DNA of 40,863 nt, taken from positions 1-40,863 of the forward strand of contig CAWUXP010000046.1 in assembly GCA_963926495.1 (NCBI GenBank). The letters run 5' to 3'. A model generated the notes under the pieces. It did not search any database and had not been told where the DNA came from. It worked only from the letters and a program-made list of their open reading frames with translations. Position numbers and translations under genes: made by a program. This DNA is from Candidatus Ilumatobacter herschelensis. Its GTDB lineage: Bacteria > Actinomycetota > Acidimicrobiia > Acidimicrobiales > Ilumatobacteraceae. Shown here one piece after another: positions 1 to 9,426 of this stretch. How positions within the stretch are numbered: position 1 is the first letter of the stretch; the number at the start of each line of letters is the position of its first letter.

Positions 1-27
1 GCTGATCCGCCAAATCCTGCGCAGCGC

Positions 28-1116
28 TTGATTCCTGCAATGATGCGCGCCGCTGTCCTGACCGGGCTGGGCGGCCCAGAGGTACTTGTCCTACGTGACG
101 ACGTGCCGGTTCCTGTACCCGCGGCCGACGAGGTACTGATCCACGTCGCGGCGTGTGGCATGAACAACACCGACATCAATACGCGGGTCGGCTGGTACAG
201 CAAGTCGGTTACGGCGGCCACGAGCGGCGATGGGTTTGCCGACGCATCGTCCGATAACGGCACGTGGAGTGCCAGCGGGTTCACGTTCCCCCGGATCCAG
301 GGCGCTGACCCCAGCGGCCGGGTGGTTGCTGTCGGCGCAGACGTCGACCAGGCACTGATCGGCCGCCGAGCGTTGGTCGACTGCTGCCTGCGCGATGTCG
401 ACGAGCCAATGCGCCGTGAACTCACCGGCTACCTCGGTAGCGAACGAGACGGCGGGTTCGCTGAATACGTCGCAGTGCCCGCCCGGAACGTGCACGTCCA
501 CGACAGTCAATTGACCGACGTCGAACTCGCGAGCTTTCCCTGCTCGTGGTCGACGGCAAACCACATGCAGCACCGCATCCGGCTCACGGCAGGCGACACC
601 ATTCTGATCACCGGAGCGTCGGGCGGCGTCGGCTCAGCGCTGGTCAGCCTGGCAAAGCTCCGCGGCGCAATCGTCACCGCAGTGTGTAGCGCCAACAAGG
701 CCGACGAGGTGCGAGCGCTCGGCGCCGACCACGTCATCGATCGGTCCCACGCCGACCTCCATGCCGTTGCGCGTGATGCCAACGGCGGCCCGTTCGACGT
801 CGTTGCCGATGTCGTCGGCGGCCCGGACACCCCCGGCTGGTTCGAGTCGCTGCGCCGAGGTGGCCGCTACGTCACGTGCGGTGCGATCGCCGGGCCCATT
901 GTCGACCTCGACCTGCGCACGCTGTACTTAAATGACCTCGAGTTCCACGGCACGACCGTCTACGAGCCAGCGGTCTTCACCGACCTCGTCAACATCATCG
1001 AACGCGGCGACGTCCAGCCGGTCGTCGGCGCTGTCTACGCCCTCGAACAAATCCACGAAGCCCAAGAGGCGTTCCAGCGCAAACACCACGTGGGCTCGAT
1101 GGTTCTCACCATCTAA
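28..1116 (+). CDS. MDR-family (alcohol dehydrogenase/quinone oxidoreductase-like) NAD(P)-dependent oxidoreductase
   Basis: GroES-like N-domain (EVLIHVAACGMNNTD, GGFAEY) and Rossmann motif ITGASGGVGS; GAD replaces the Zn-binding GHE. TTG start is uncertain. Confidence 0.85.
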   Translation: MIPAMMRAAVLTGLGGPEVLVLRDDVPVPVPAADEVLIHVAACGMNNTDINTRVGWYSKSVTAATSGDGFADASSDNGTWSASGFTFPRIQGADPSGRVVAVGADVDQALIGRRALVDCCLRDVDEPMRRELTGYLGSERDGGFAEYVAVPARNVHVHDSQLTDVELASFPCSWSTANHMQHRIRLTAGDTILITGASGGVGSALVSLAKLRGAIVTAVCSANKADEVRALGADHVIDRSHADLHAVARDANGGPFDVVADVVGGPDTPGWFESLRRGGRYVTCGAIAGPIVDLDLRTLYLNDLEFHGTTVYEPAVFTDLVNIIERGDVQPVVGAVYALEQIHEAQEAFQRKHHVGSMVLTI

Positions 1117-1177
1117 TTTGCCGTCTCAGTCACCGCTCAGTCAGCGCTGACCAGAGTCACAGTGCATTGCGCCCGCA

Positions 1178-1192
1178 AATACTGACAGTATT
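1178..1192. promoter_or_regulatory. Perfect palindrome AATACTG-A-CAGTATT, candidate operator of the ABC exporter operon
   Basis: AT-rich 7-bp inverted repeat ending 5 nt before ATG 1198, overlapping a possible -10 (CAGTAT). Confidence 0.5.
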
Positions 1193-1197
1193 CGGAA

Positions 1198-2160
1198 ATG
1201 TCCGAAACTGCACTGCCCATCGTCGCTGAGGGTCTGCAACGACATTTCGGTTCAGGCAACGACATCGTCAAGGCAGTCGACGGCGTCGACCTCCAAATCC
1301 AGCCGGGTGAGATCTTCGGATTCCTTGGCCCAAACGGTGCCGGCAAGTCGACCACCGTCCGCATGCTGACCACCCTGCTCCGCCCCACTGGCGGAACGGG
1401 TCGCGTGGCAGGATTCGACATCGTCAGTGAGGCCGACAGCGTCCGACGTAACATCGGCGTGGCGCTGCAAGACGCCGCCATCGACCCCTTGATGACCGGC
1501 ACTGAACTGCTGCGGCTGCAAGCCGTGCTCTACGGCCTCCCTAAGACACAACACCACCAGCGGGCTGGCGAACTCCTCGAACGTGTCGGGCTCACCGCTG
1601 CAGGCAACCGCCGAGTCGGCACCTACTCGGGCGGTATGCGTCGTCGGCTCGACTTGGCACTGTCGCTCATCCACGAGCCATCAGTCCTCTTCCTTGACGA
1701 GCCGACCACAGGCCTCGATCCAATGAGTCGCATCTCTCTCTGGGAAGAAATTCGCCGCCTCAACAACGACGGCACAACCGTCCTCTTGACGACCCAGTAT
1801 CTCGAAGAGGCCGACCAACTCGCAGAACGAATTGCGATCATCGACCACGGTGTCATCGTTCGCAAGGGCCGCCCAACCGAACTGAAAGCCGAAGTCGGTT
1901 CGCCGACACTGTTCGTCACAGTCGACGAGTCGTCGCACCAGATTGCAACCGGCCTGCTCACCAAATTCGGCGAGCTCCGCCCGAGCCCCGAAGGGTCGCT
2001 CGGCGTCGGCCTCCACGATGGGCCGAGCGCCGTCTCGAATGTCGTGCGCGAACTCGACGATGCAGGCATCACCGTGCGCAATCTCGAACTTCGCGAGCCA
2101 AGTCTGGACGACGTGTTCGCAGAGGCGACCGGCTACCGCCTTGAAGGTGCAGAATCATGA
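1198..2160 (+). CDS. ABC exporter ATP-binding subunit (DrrA-like)
   Basis: Walker A GPNGAGKST, signature YSGGMRRR, Walker B LFLDEPT, C-terminal EPSLDDVF. Confidence 0.93.
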   Translation: MSETALPIVAEGLQRHFGSGNDIVKAVDGVDLQIQPGEIFGFLGPNGAGKSTTVRMLTTLLRPTGGTGRVAGFDIVSEADSVRRNIGVALQDAAIDPLMTGTELLRLQAVLYGLPKTQHHQRAGELLERVGLTAAGNRRVGTYSGGMRRRLDLALSLIHEPSVLFLDEPTTGLDPMSRISLWEEIRRLNNDGTTVLLTTQYLEEADQLAERIAIIDHGVIVRKGRPTELKAEVGSPTLFVTVDESSHQIATGLLTKFGELRPSPEGSLGVGLHDGPSAVSNVVRELDDAGITVRNLELREPSLDDVFAEATGYRLEGAES

Positions 2161-2984
2161 CGGCGCCTGTTACGACAGTATCGCTCACTCCGACCAGGGC
2201 GCCGGCCCAGCCGTCGACGATCGCCCAAACGCGGGCCCTGTCCGTTCGCTCAATCCAATCGCTGCTCCGCCAGCCATCGCTTGTCGTCCCGTCGCTCATC
2301 TTTCCGTTGTTCTTCGCCGCCCTGGGGACCTCGTCGTTCTCGCGTGCGACCGGATTGCCGGGGTTCCCTGCAGTCGATTCATACCTCGACTTCGCGCTGG
2401 CCGGGGCAATCGTCCAGGGCATCCTCTTCGGATCGACGACCGGTGCGACCGCACTGGCCACCGACATCGAGAATGGATTCTTCGATCGCCTCCTCGCCTC
2501 GCCGTCCACCCGCACCGGCATCATCGTCGGGCGCATGGCTGGCGGTATGGCCTACGGCGCATTTCAAACACTGTTTTTCGTCCTGGTGCTGCTGCCATTT
2601 GGCCTCAGCATTAAGGGTGGCATCGGCGGCGTGGTCGGCCTGATGGTGAGCGGCACAATCCTGGCGCTGGCCATTGGCGCCCTCATGTCATCAATGGCAC
2701 TCCTCACCGGCTCCGCCGAAGCGGTACAGGGCGCCTTCCCTTTGCTGTTTATTGCCTTGTTCTTCTCGTCCGCTTTCTTCCCACGCGAAACAATGAGCGG
2801 CATTTACGGCACCCTTGCCGACTTCAACCCGGTTTCTCACCTCGTCGAAGGGATGCGCGACCTCGTCATTGAGGGCGTGTCCGTATCAGCGCTGGCCCGA
2901 GCGATTCTCGTCCCCACCGCGCTCTCCGTTGTCTCGATTGCGCTTTCACTCCGAGCCCTGCGCCACCGATTGGGAGCATTATGA
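2157..2984 (+). CDS. ABC-2 type permease (DrrB-like)
   Basis: About 6 TM segments, DIENGFFDRLL and NPVSHLVEG motifs; ATGA overlap with the ATPase. Confidence 0.9.
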   Translation: MTAPVTTVSLTPTRAPAQPSTIAQTRALSVRSIQSLLRQPSLVVPSLIFPLFFAALGTSSFSRATGLPGFPAVDSYLDFALAGAIVQGILFGSTTGATALATDIENGFFDRLLASPSTRTGIIVGRMAGGMAYGAFQTLFFVLVLLPFGLSIKGGIGGVVGLMVSGTILALAIGALMSSMALLTGSAEAVQGAFPLLFIALFFSSAFFPRETMSGIYGTLADFNPVSHLVEGMRDLVIEGVSVSALARAILVPTALSVVSIALSLRALRHRLGAL

Positions 2985-3796
2985 TGAGAACAGAGCAGGC
3001 CACTCGGCCGATCAACACGCGCCATACCCCGCACAGCGCTGCCGCAGTTGGCCTGGCAAAGCGCAGCATCGTCAACATCACGCGACTGCCCTCGGCTTTC
3101 TTGCCATCGGTCCTGATGCCGGTGTTCCAGTCGATCGCGTTCGCCGGAACGTTCTTCGCAATCATCCAGATCCCCGGATTCCCGACCGACCGTTCGATCA
3201 ACTGGTTCCTGCCGCTCGGCACGCTCATGGGCGCTGGCTTCGCCGGCATCGGCGTTGGGTTTTCGACGATCCGTGATCTGGAAACCGGCTTCTACGACCG
3301 CATCCGACTCACGCCCGCACCGCGCTCGGCACTCATCACCGGGCCCCTCGGCGCAGCGCTGATTCGGGCCGTACTCGTGACGACCATTGTCATCATCGTT
3401 GGGTTGATGTTCGGCGCACGGCCAGCCCACGGCCCTGCTGGCGTACTATTCCTATATGTCGCTGCAGCGGGCATCGCTGCGCTCGGCACCGGGTGGGGGC
3501 TCGGCCTCGCATTCCGGTTTCGCGATATGCGCGCTGCGGCGATCATGCAGCTCACCTTCTTCCTGCTGATCTTCCTGACCGACGCCCAAACACCGCTGTT
3601 CATCATGGACGGCTGGCTCGAATCAGTTGCTCGAATCAACCCGTTCACAAACATCATCCGGCTCGCCCGACTCGGCTTCCTTGATGCGCCGATTACCTGG
3701 AACAACATCTGGGGTGGTCTGGTCGCGATCGTGGCGATCTCGGCACTCACCCTGGCATTCGCACGTCGATCGCTCAATCGGCTCAGCGACTCCTGA
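2981..3796 (+). CDS. ABC-2 type permease (second subunit)
   Basis: DLETGFYDRI and INPFTNII motifs, hydrophobic helices; coupled to the previous gene. Confidence 0.9.
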   Translation: MMRTEQATRPINTRHTPHSAAAVGLAKRSIVNITRLPSAFLPSVLMPVFQSIAFAGTFFAIIQIPGFPTDRSINWFLPLGTLMGAGFAGIGVGFSTIRDLETGFYDRIRLTPAPRSALITGPLGAALIRAVLVTTIVIIVGLMFGARPAHGPAGVLFLYVAAAGIAALGTGWGLGLAFRFRDMRAAAIMQLTFFLLIFLTDAQTPLFIMDGWLESVARINPFTNIIRLARLGFLDAPITWNNIWGGLVAIVAISALTLAFARRSLNRLSDS

Positions 3797-3839
3797 CCCA
3801 CTCATATCCGAGTGGCCGCGGCCAGTAGGTTGAATCACG

Positions 3840-4835
3840 ATGCGAAACACGATGGACCGGTTGCGGTTCGCGCTCGGGATGATGGCCACCGTCACCGTCT
3901 TCGGCACGGTGGGCTACTGGCTGTTTGGGCTGAGCTTGCTCGATGCGGTGTACCAAACCGTTACGACCATCACCACCGTCGGATTCAGCGAGCTCAAAGA
4001 GTTCGGTAATGGCGAGAAGATCTTCACCATCATCCTCATCATCGTCGGCGTGTCGACGGTGCTGTACTCATTCACCCTCGTCGTGCAAGTCGTCGTCGAA
4101 GGCCAACTCAAAGAACTCCGTGGGAGGCGTCGAATGACCCGCCAGATCAACAAGATGAGCGGACATACCATCGTGTGTGGGTGGGGCCGAGTCGGTGCCG
4201 CTGTCGCGCACGATCTCGCACGCGAAGGTCACGAGGTCGTTGTTATTGACCAGAGCCCCGATCGCGTGGACGATCTTGAGTTCCCCGTCATCATTGGCGA
4301 CGCCACCCGCGACGAAACCCTCAAAGCAGCAGGCATCGAACGCGCCAGCGCACTGATTGCAGCGCTTGACGGCGACGCCGACAACTTGTTCGTCACGCTG
4401 TCCGGTCGCGATCTCGTCCCCGACCTGTTCATCGTTGCCCGGGCACGCGCCGACGAAAGCATCCCGAAACTCACACACGCCGGCGCCGATCGCGTCGTCA
4501 ACCCGCAAGAACTCGGTGCGGCGCGTATGGCCTCCTATGTCTCAAGCCCCAACGTTGCCGAGTTCATCGACGTGGTGATGCACGAACGGTCGATCGAATT
4601 CCGGATGCGTGAGTTTGTCATCACGGAGACATCCGAAATCGCCGGGAAAACGTTGCGAGCCGCAAATCTACGTGAGGCCAGCGGGGCACTGATCCTCGCC
4701 TTACGCTCCCCCGGCGACAACTTCACCACCAACCCAACCGGTGACCACCGGCTCGAACCTGGCCACGTGATCGTCGCCGTCGGTACCGACGAAGACCTCC
4801 GCCGGCTGGAAAACTTGGCCAAGAGCAACTCATGA
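3840..4835 (+). CDS. 2-TM potassium channel protein with RCK (TrkA-N/TrkA-C) domains
   Basis: Pore helix/filter TTITTVGFSE, HTIVCGWGRVG Rossmann motif, GDAT, AGADRVVNP. Confidence 0.9.
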   Translation: MRNTMDRLRFALGMMATVTVFGTVGYWLFGLSLLDAVYQTVTTITTVGFSELKEFGNGEKIFTIILIIVGVSTVLYSFTLVVQVVVEGQLKELRGRRRMTRQINKMSGHTIVCGWGRVGAAVAHDLAREGHEVVVIDQSPDRVDDLEFPVIIGDATRDETLKAAGIERASALIAALDGDADNLFVTLSGRDLVPDLFIVARARADESIPKLTHAGADRVVNPQELGAARMASYVSSPNVAEFIDVVMHERSIEFRMREFVITETSEIAGKTLRAANLREASGALILALRSPGDNFTTNPTGDHRLEPGHVIVAVGTDEDLRRLENLAKSNS

Positions 4836-5503
4836 CCCGCACACACGTCCTGATCGACCTCGACGGAACCATCTCAGACTCCCACGCTGGCATCGCCCGT
4901 TCGCTGCAATACGCGTTCACCGAATGCGGATTCGAACCGCCGTCCGATCATGCCGTCCGAGACGTCATTGGGCCACCGTTCGAGGTGTCGTTCCCGAAGC
5001 TCGGCGTCGGCCCTGGCGACTTCGAGCGGGTCGTCAACAAGTACCGCGAGCGGTACAACGACATCGGCCTGTTTGAGAACACCGTCTACGACGGCATCCC
5101 CGAGATGCTTGAAACACTTCGCGCCGACGGCCTCACACTCGCACTGGCGACCGCCAAGCCAGAAGAGCCCGCTCGACGGATCACCGCCCATTTCGGCTTG
5201 AGCGACCACTTCACCTTCGAGGCGGGCGCCAGCGGAATGAGTGGTAACCGGCGCACCAAAGCCGACGTCATTACATACGCACTCGCTGCACTCAGCATCT
5301 CAGCAGGCGATCACGTCGTCATGCTCGGCGACCGCGACCACGACGTCGAAGGTGCCATGACCAACAGCATCGACTGCATCGGTGTCACATGGGGCTTTGG
5401 TTCCTACGAGGAACTCGCAGGCGCAGGCGCTCATGTGATCGTGAACACCCCCGCCGAAGTTGCCGCGGCCGTCGCCGGGACATACCGTCAGGATCCGGTA
5501 TGA
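4832..5503 (+). CDS. HAD-superfamily hydrolase (phosphoglycolate phosphatase/5'-nucleotidase-like)
   Basis: Motif I DLDGT, motif II ATAK, motif IV GDRDHDVEGA. Confidence 0.88.
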   Translation: MTRTHVLIDLDGTISDSHAGIARSLQYAFTECGFEPPSDHAVRDVIGPPFEVSFPKLGVGPGDFERVVNKYRERYNDIGLFENTVYDGIPEMLETLRADGLTLALATAKPEEPARRITAHFGLSDHFTFEAGASGMSGNRRTKADVITYALAALSISAGDHVVMLGDRDHDVEGAMTNSIDCIGVTWGFGSYEELAGAGAHVIVNTPAEVAAAVAGTYRQDPV

Positions 5504-5919
5504 GAACTACTGCTGACAACGTCACCGAATCGTCCGCCTCAGCAGATGGTCATCGGCAGTCGAATGCCCCTGCCGATCGCTTCATGCGCCGGCTACTGCG
5601 GCTCCCCGAGGGCAAGACGTCGACCGCCAAGGAAGCGCGCAGCGCCTTTCAGAAGTCAATTGCAATCACCGCGTGTCGCTGCATCGTCATGTATTTGGTG
5701 CTCCCGTTCGTGTTGCCCGTCGTCGGCCTCGCCAGTGGCGTCGGGCCGGCAATCGGCCTGGTGATCGGCACTCTCGCCATCATCTCGATCATTTACTCGA
5801 TTCGGCGCTTCTGGCGAGCCGATCACAGCAAGCGCTGGCATTACACGGCGTTTGCCACAGTGATCATTGGTTCCCTGATCTACCTGTCCGTCAAGGACAT
5901 CATCGATCTCACCAGCTGA
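5500..5919 (+). CDS. Small membrane protein of unknown function (about 3 TM)
   Basis: ATG 5500 overlaps the HAD stop (ATGA); hydrophobic helices; CRC and RRFWRADH..RW motifs. Confidence 0.7.
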   Translation: MRTTADNVTESSASADGHRQSNAPADRFMRRLLRLPEGKTSTAKEARSAFQKSIAITACRCIVMYLVLPFVLPVVGLASGVGPAIGLVIGTLAIISIIYSIRRFWRADHSKRWHYTAFATVIIGSLIYLSVKDIIDLTS

Positions 5920-5987
5920 GCAGTAGTGCTCGGCCGAACCGCCCTCCCAGTAAGCTGGGGTGTTCGACAAAATGAAATGAGATCCGC

Positions 5988-6245
5988 ATGGCGGTCAAGA
6001 AGCCCATCCTCTCCCCTTGGTTCAACGGCGAAACGCCGTTAGAAGAGCTCCCAGCGAGCGACCAGGTGGCCCACGACATCGTGCTCGAGTTCAGTGATCT
6101 CAAGCCGTCCATCACGCGCATCATGGAAGCCGATCTCGACGACGACCAACGCCTCAACGCCATGGTCGCATTCCGCGATTCACTGCAAGATCCGGGCAAC
6201 CCGAACCGCGACCCTCGCGTCGCCATCAGCAACGCAGGCGGCTGA
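5988..6245 (+). CDS. Hypothetical small acidic protein (85 aa)
   Basis: ORF with GC3-rich codon usage like its neighbours, filling the gap; no recognised domain. Confidence 0.7.
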   Translation: MAVKKPILSPWFNGETPLEELPASDQVAHDIVLEFSDLKPSITRIMEADLDDDQRLNAMVAFRDSLQDPGNPNRDPRVAISNAGG

Positions 6246-6381
6246 TCTCCCGGCATGTCGATGATCGCGCTCGTCAGCGCGGCCATCGGCATCGCCAAAC
6301 CGCTCCGACAACCGACTCCACAATGGTGACGAATTCGGCCCCGTTGACGCTTCCATGGTGACGGACCCGTCTGAATGAGGC

Positions 6382-6436
6382 ATGATGTGTAGACAGAGGT
6401 CACATCATTCGACACATCGACCGACTGATCGGTCGA
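6382..6436. promoter_or_regulatory. Two inverted repeats upstream of coxS
   Basis: ATGATGTG-N11-CACATCAT (6382-6408) and TCGACCGA-CTGA-TCGGTCGA (6417-6436). Confidence 0.45.
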
Positions 6437-6459
6437 AATATCACCCTGGGGGTCCATCC

Positions 6460-6918
6460 GTGGAAGTTTCCGTCACCATCAACGGCACCGTGCAGACACA
6501 CGATGTTGAGCCGCGCACACTGCTCGTCCAGTACATCCGCGATCACGCAGGCCTCACGGGCACCAACATTGGCTGCGACACGTCGTCGTGCGGTGCGTGC
6601 TCGATCCACCTCAACGGTGAAGCCGTCAAGAGCTGCACGGTGCTCGCTGTCCAGGCCGACGGCCAGGAAGTCCGCACCATCGAAGGCATGGCCGACGCCG
6701 ATGGCACGTTGCACCCGATGCAGCAGGCGTTCATGGAGAACCATGGCCTGCAGTGCGGGTACTGCACACCCGGCATGGTGATGGCAGCAACCAGCCTGCT
6801 TGCCGAGAACGCCAACCCATCAGAACACGACGTTCGGATCGGCCTCGAGGGCAACCTGTGCCGCTGCACCGGCTACCAAAACATCGTCAAGTCGGTGCTC
6901 GCTGCAGCGAGCGCCTGA
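6460..6918 (+). CDS. coxS: Molybdo-flavoenzyme small [2Fe-2S] subunit (CoxS/CutS family)
   Basis: GCDTSSCGAC..C and QCGYCTPG..CRCTGY cluster motifs; start taken at GTG 6460. Confidence 0.92.
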   Translation: MEVSVTINGTVQTHDVEPRTLLVQYIRDHAGLTGTNIGCDTSSCGACSIHLNGEAVKSCTVLAVQADGQEVRTIEGMADADGTLHPMQQAFMENHGLQCGYCTPGMVMAATSLLAENANPSEHDVRIGLEGNLCRCTGYQNIVKSVLAAASA

Positions 6919-6981
6919 CCGGCAACAAGTACCGCAACACACCCGCCTGGGGGCGGAATTGAACTGGATGGGGGTCCAGCA

Positions 6982-9426
6982 ATGACAGATCTACACGAAC
7001 TCACCACCGACAACATGGAGATCAGCGGCGAATCCATCGCCGCTGGAAACGGGGTGCTCGGTCAACGCATGCTCCGCAAGGAAGACCCTGCGCTGCTCAC
7101 TGGCGAAGCAATCTACACCAACGACATGAAAGTGCCGGGGGCCCTGTACATGGCAGTGCTGCGGAGCCCGCACGCCCATGCCCGGATCGTTTCGATCGAC
7201 ACGTCTGCTGCTGCGGCGCTCGACGGCGTACACAGCGTCTACAGCGGCGCTGATCTGGCCGACTCGTGGGCGGCCCCAATGCCGTGTGCGTGGCCAGTCA
7301 CCGATGACATGAAGAACCCGGCGCACTATCCGCTGGCTGTCAGCAAGGTCCACTACGTCGGCGACGGCGTGTGTGCCGTCCTTGCTGTCAACGACTCGAT
7401 TGCGCACGACGCGCTCGACCTCATTGACGTCGAATACGACGTCCTCCCCGCAGTGATCGACCTCGAAAAATCGCTCAGCGACGACATCGTGATTCACGAA
7501 GAACTCGGGACAAACAAGTCATACACCTGGCCCCTCGTCATCGAAGACAACGAGGGCGACTGCCAGAAGGCAATGGACGAATCGGCCTACGTGGTAAAAG
7601 AGCGCTACATCCAGCAGCGCCTCATCCCGATGGCGATGGAACCCCGTGCAGTCGTCGCACTTCCGCAGCCATTTGGCGGCGACATGACGCTCTACTCCTC
7701 CACGCAAGTTCCGCACATCTTGAAGGTGATGACCGCGCTCACGCTCGGCATTCCTGAGCACCAATTGCGTGTCGTGTGCCCGGCAGTCGGCGGCGGCTTC
7801 GGTTCGAAGCTGAACGTGTACGCCGAAGAACTGCTGTGTGTGCAGCTCGCCAAGACGCTCAAGGTCCCGGTGCGTTGGAACGAAGAGCGTTCCGAGAACG
7901 CTCAAGCCACCATTCACGGCCGGGCCCAGATCCAAGACATCGAACTGGCTGCTGACGAGAACGGCAAGATCACCGGCCTGCGTGTCCGCCTCATCGGCGA
8001 CATGGGCGCCTACCTCCAGCTGGTCACGCCCGGCGTACCGCTGCTCGGCGCGTTCCTGTACGGCGGGGTCTATGAGATCCCCAAGGCGTTTGACTTCTCG
8101 TGCACCTCAGTGTTCACCACAATGACGCCGACCGATGCGTACCGTGGCGCTGGCCGGCCCGAAGCCACCTACGCAATCGAACATGCGATGGATGCGCTCG
8201 CCCGCAAGATGGACATCGATCCACTCGTGCTCCGTCGGCGCAACTTCATCCCAAAGGAAGCGTTCCCGTATGAGGCCTACACCGGCTTGGTGTACGACTC
8301 GGGTGATCACGACAAGGCCGCGACCGTGGCCGAGAACATCCTCGACTACGACGCAATGCGTGCCAAGCAAGCAGCCCAAAACGTTGCAGGCTCGACCAAA
8401 CGACTCGGCATTGGGGTGTCGACCTACTTCGAGATGTGCGGCCTTGCGCCGTCGCGCGTTCTTGCCTCGCTGAACTATTCAGCCGGCGGCTGGGAATCGG
8501 CAACCGTTCGAGTGCTGCCCACCTCGAAGATTCAGGTCGTCACCGGCACCTCGCCGCACGGCCAGGGTCACGAAACGGCGTGGTCGATGATCGCTGCCGA
8601 CAAGTTCGGGGTCGATCCGTCCGATGTCGATGTACTCCACTCCGACACCGCAATCGCGCCGCTGGGTCTCGACACGTACGGCTCCCGTTCACTCCCGGTC
8701 GGCGGTGTTGCTGTCGGCTTGGCCTGCGACAAGGTCATCGACAAAGCCCGCAAAATCGCTGCACACCAGATGGAGGCGAACGAGGACGACCTCGAATTCG
8801 CCGGCGGCATGTTTACCGTCAAGGGTTCACCCGACAAGACAATGCCGCTCGCGGCCATTGCCTTCGAAGCCTTCACGGCCCACAACCTTCCCGACGGCCT
8901 CGAGCCGAACCTCGAAATGCAGGTCACCTACGACCCGCCCAACTTTTCATGGCCATTCGGCACACATATGTGTGCCATCGAGATTGACACCGAGACCGGC
9001 GCCGTTGAAGTGCTCCAATACGTGGCAGTCGACGACTGCGGCAACAAGGTCAACCCGCTGATTGTTGATGGCCAGGTGCACGGTGGCGTGATCCAGGGCC
9101 TCGCTCAGGCGCTCTTCGAAGAGGCTCGTTACGACGACGACGGCAACCTCCTCTCGTCGACACTGGCTGAGTATCTCGTTCCCGCAGCCAGCGATGTTCC
9201 GCCCATCACACTCGGAGAAAGCGTCACTCCGTCGCCGACCAATTCGCTTGGCGTCAAGGGTGTAGGCGAAGCTGGGACAATCGGTGCAGCACCCTGCATC
9301 ATGAACGCCGTCGTCGATGCCCTCTCGGGCCTCGGTGTCCAAGACATCCAGATGCCAGCGAGCCCGCTGAACGTCTGGAATGCAATTCAGCAAGCTCAAG
9401 CAACCAATCAGGAGAACAACGCGTGA
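6982..9426 (+). CDS. coxL: Molybdopterin-binding large subunit, form II CO dehydrogenase-like (xanthine dehydrogenase family)
   Basis: GGGFGSK, AYRGAGRPE (form II motif), GQGHET, TYGSRS, GQVHGG, KGVGEAG. Confidence 0.9.
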   Translation: MTDLHELTTDNMEISGESIAAGNGVLGQRMLRKEDPALLTGEAIYTNDMKVPGALYMAVLRSPHAHARIVSIDTSAAAALDGVHSVYSGADLADSWAAPMPCAWPVTDDMKNPAHYPLAVSKVHYVGDGVCAVLAVNDSIAHDALDLIDVEYDVLPAVIDLEKSLSDDIVIHEELGTNKSYTWPLVIEDNEGDCQKAMDESAYVVKERYIQQRLIPMAMEPRAVVALPQPFGGDMTLYSSTQVPHILKVMTALTLGIPEHQLRVVCPAVGGGFGSKLNVYAEELLCVQLAKTLKVPVRWNEERSENAQATIHGRAQIQDIELAADENGKITGLRVRLIGDMGAYLQLVTPGVPLLGAFLYGGVYEIPKAFDFSCTSVFTTMTPTDAYRGAGRPEATYAIEHAMDALARKMDIDPLVLRRRNFIPKEAFPYEAYTGLVYDSGDHDKAATVAENILDYDAMRAKQAAQNVAGSTKRLGIGVSTYFEMCGLAPSRVLASLNYSAGGWESATVRVLPTSKIQVVTGTSPHGQGHETAWSMIAADKFGVDPSDVDVLHSDTAIAPLGLDTYGSRSLPVGGVAVGLACDKVIDKARKIAAHQMEANEDDLEFAGGMFTVKGSPDKTMPLAAIAFEAFTAHNLPDGLEPNLEMQVTYDPPNFSWPFGTHMCAIEIDTETGAVEVLQYVAVDDCGNKVNPLIVDGQVHGGVIQGLAQALFEEARYDDDGNLLSSTLAEYLVPAASDVPPITLGESVTPSPTNSLGVKGVGEAGTIGAAPCIMNAVVDALSGLGVQDIQMPASPLNVWNAIQQAQATNQENNA

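Noticed and set aside
5951-5980. Tiny uORF GTG-TTC-GAC-AAA-ATG-AAA-TGA after TAAGCT
   Set aside because: The hexamer-to-start spacing of 3 nt is too short for a leaderless start, and there is no other support.
6982-9426. Call as a bona fide aerobic CO dehydrogenase
   Set aside because: The active-site loop is AYRGAGR, not AYxCSFR, and the gene order is S-L-M.
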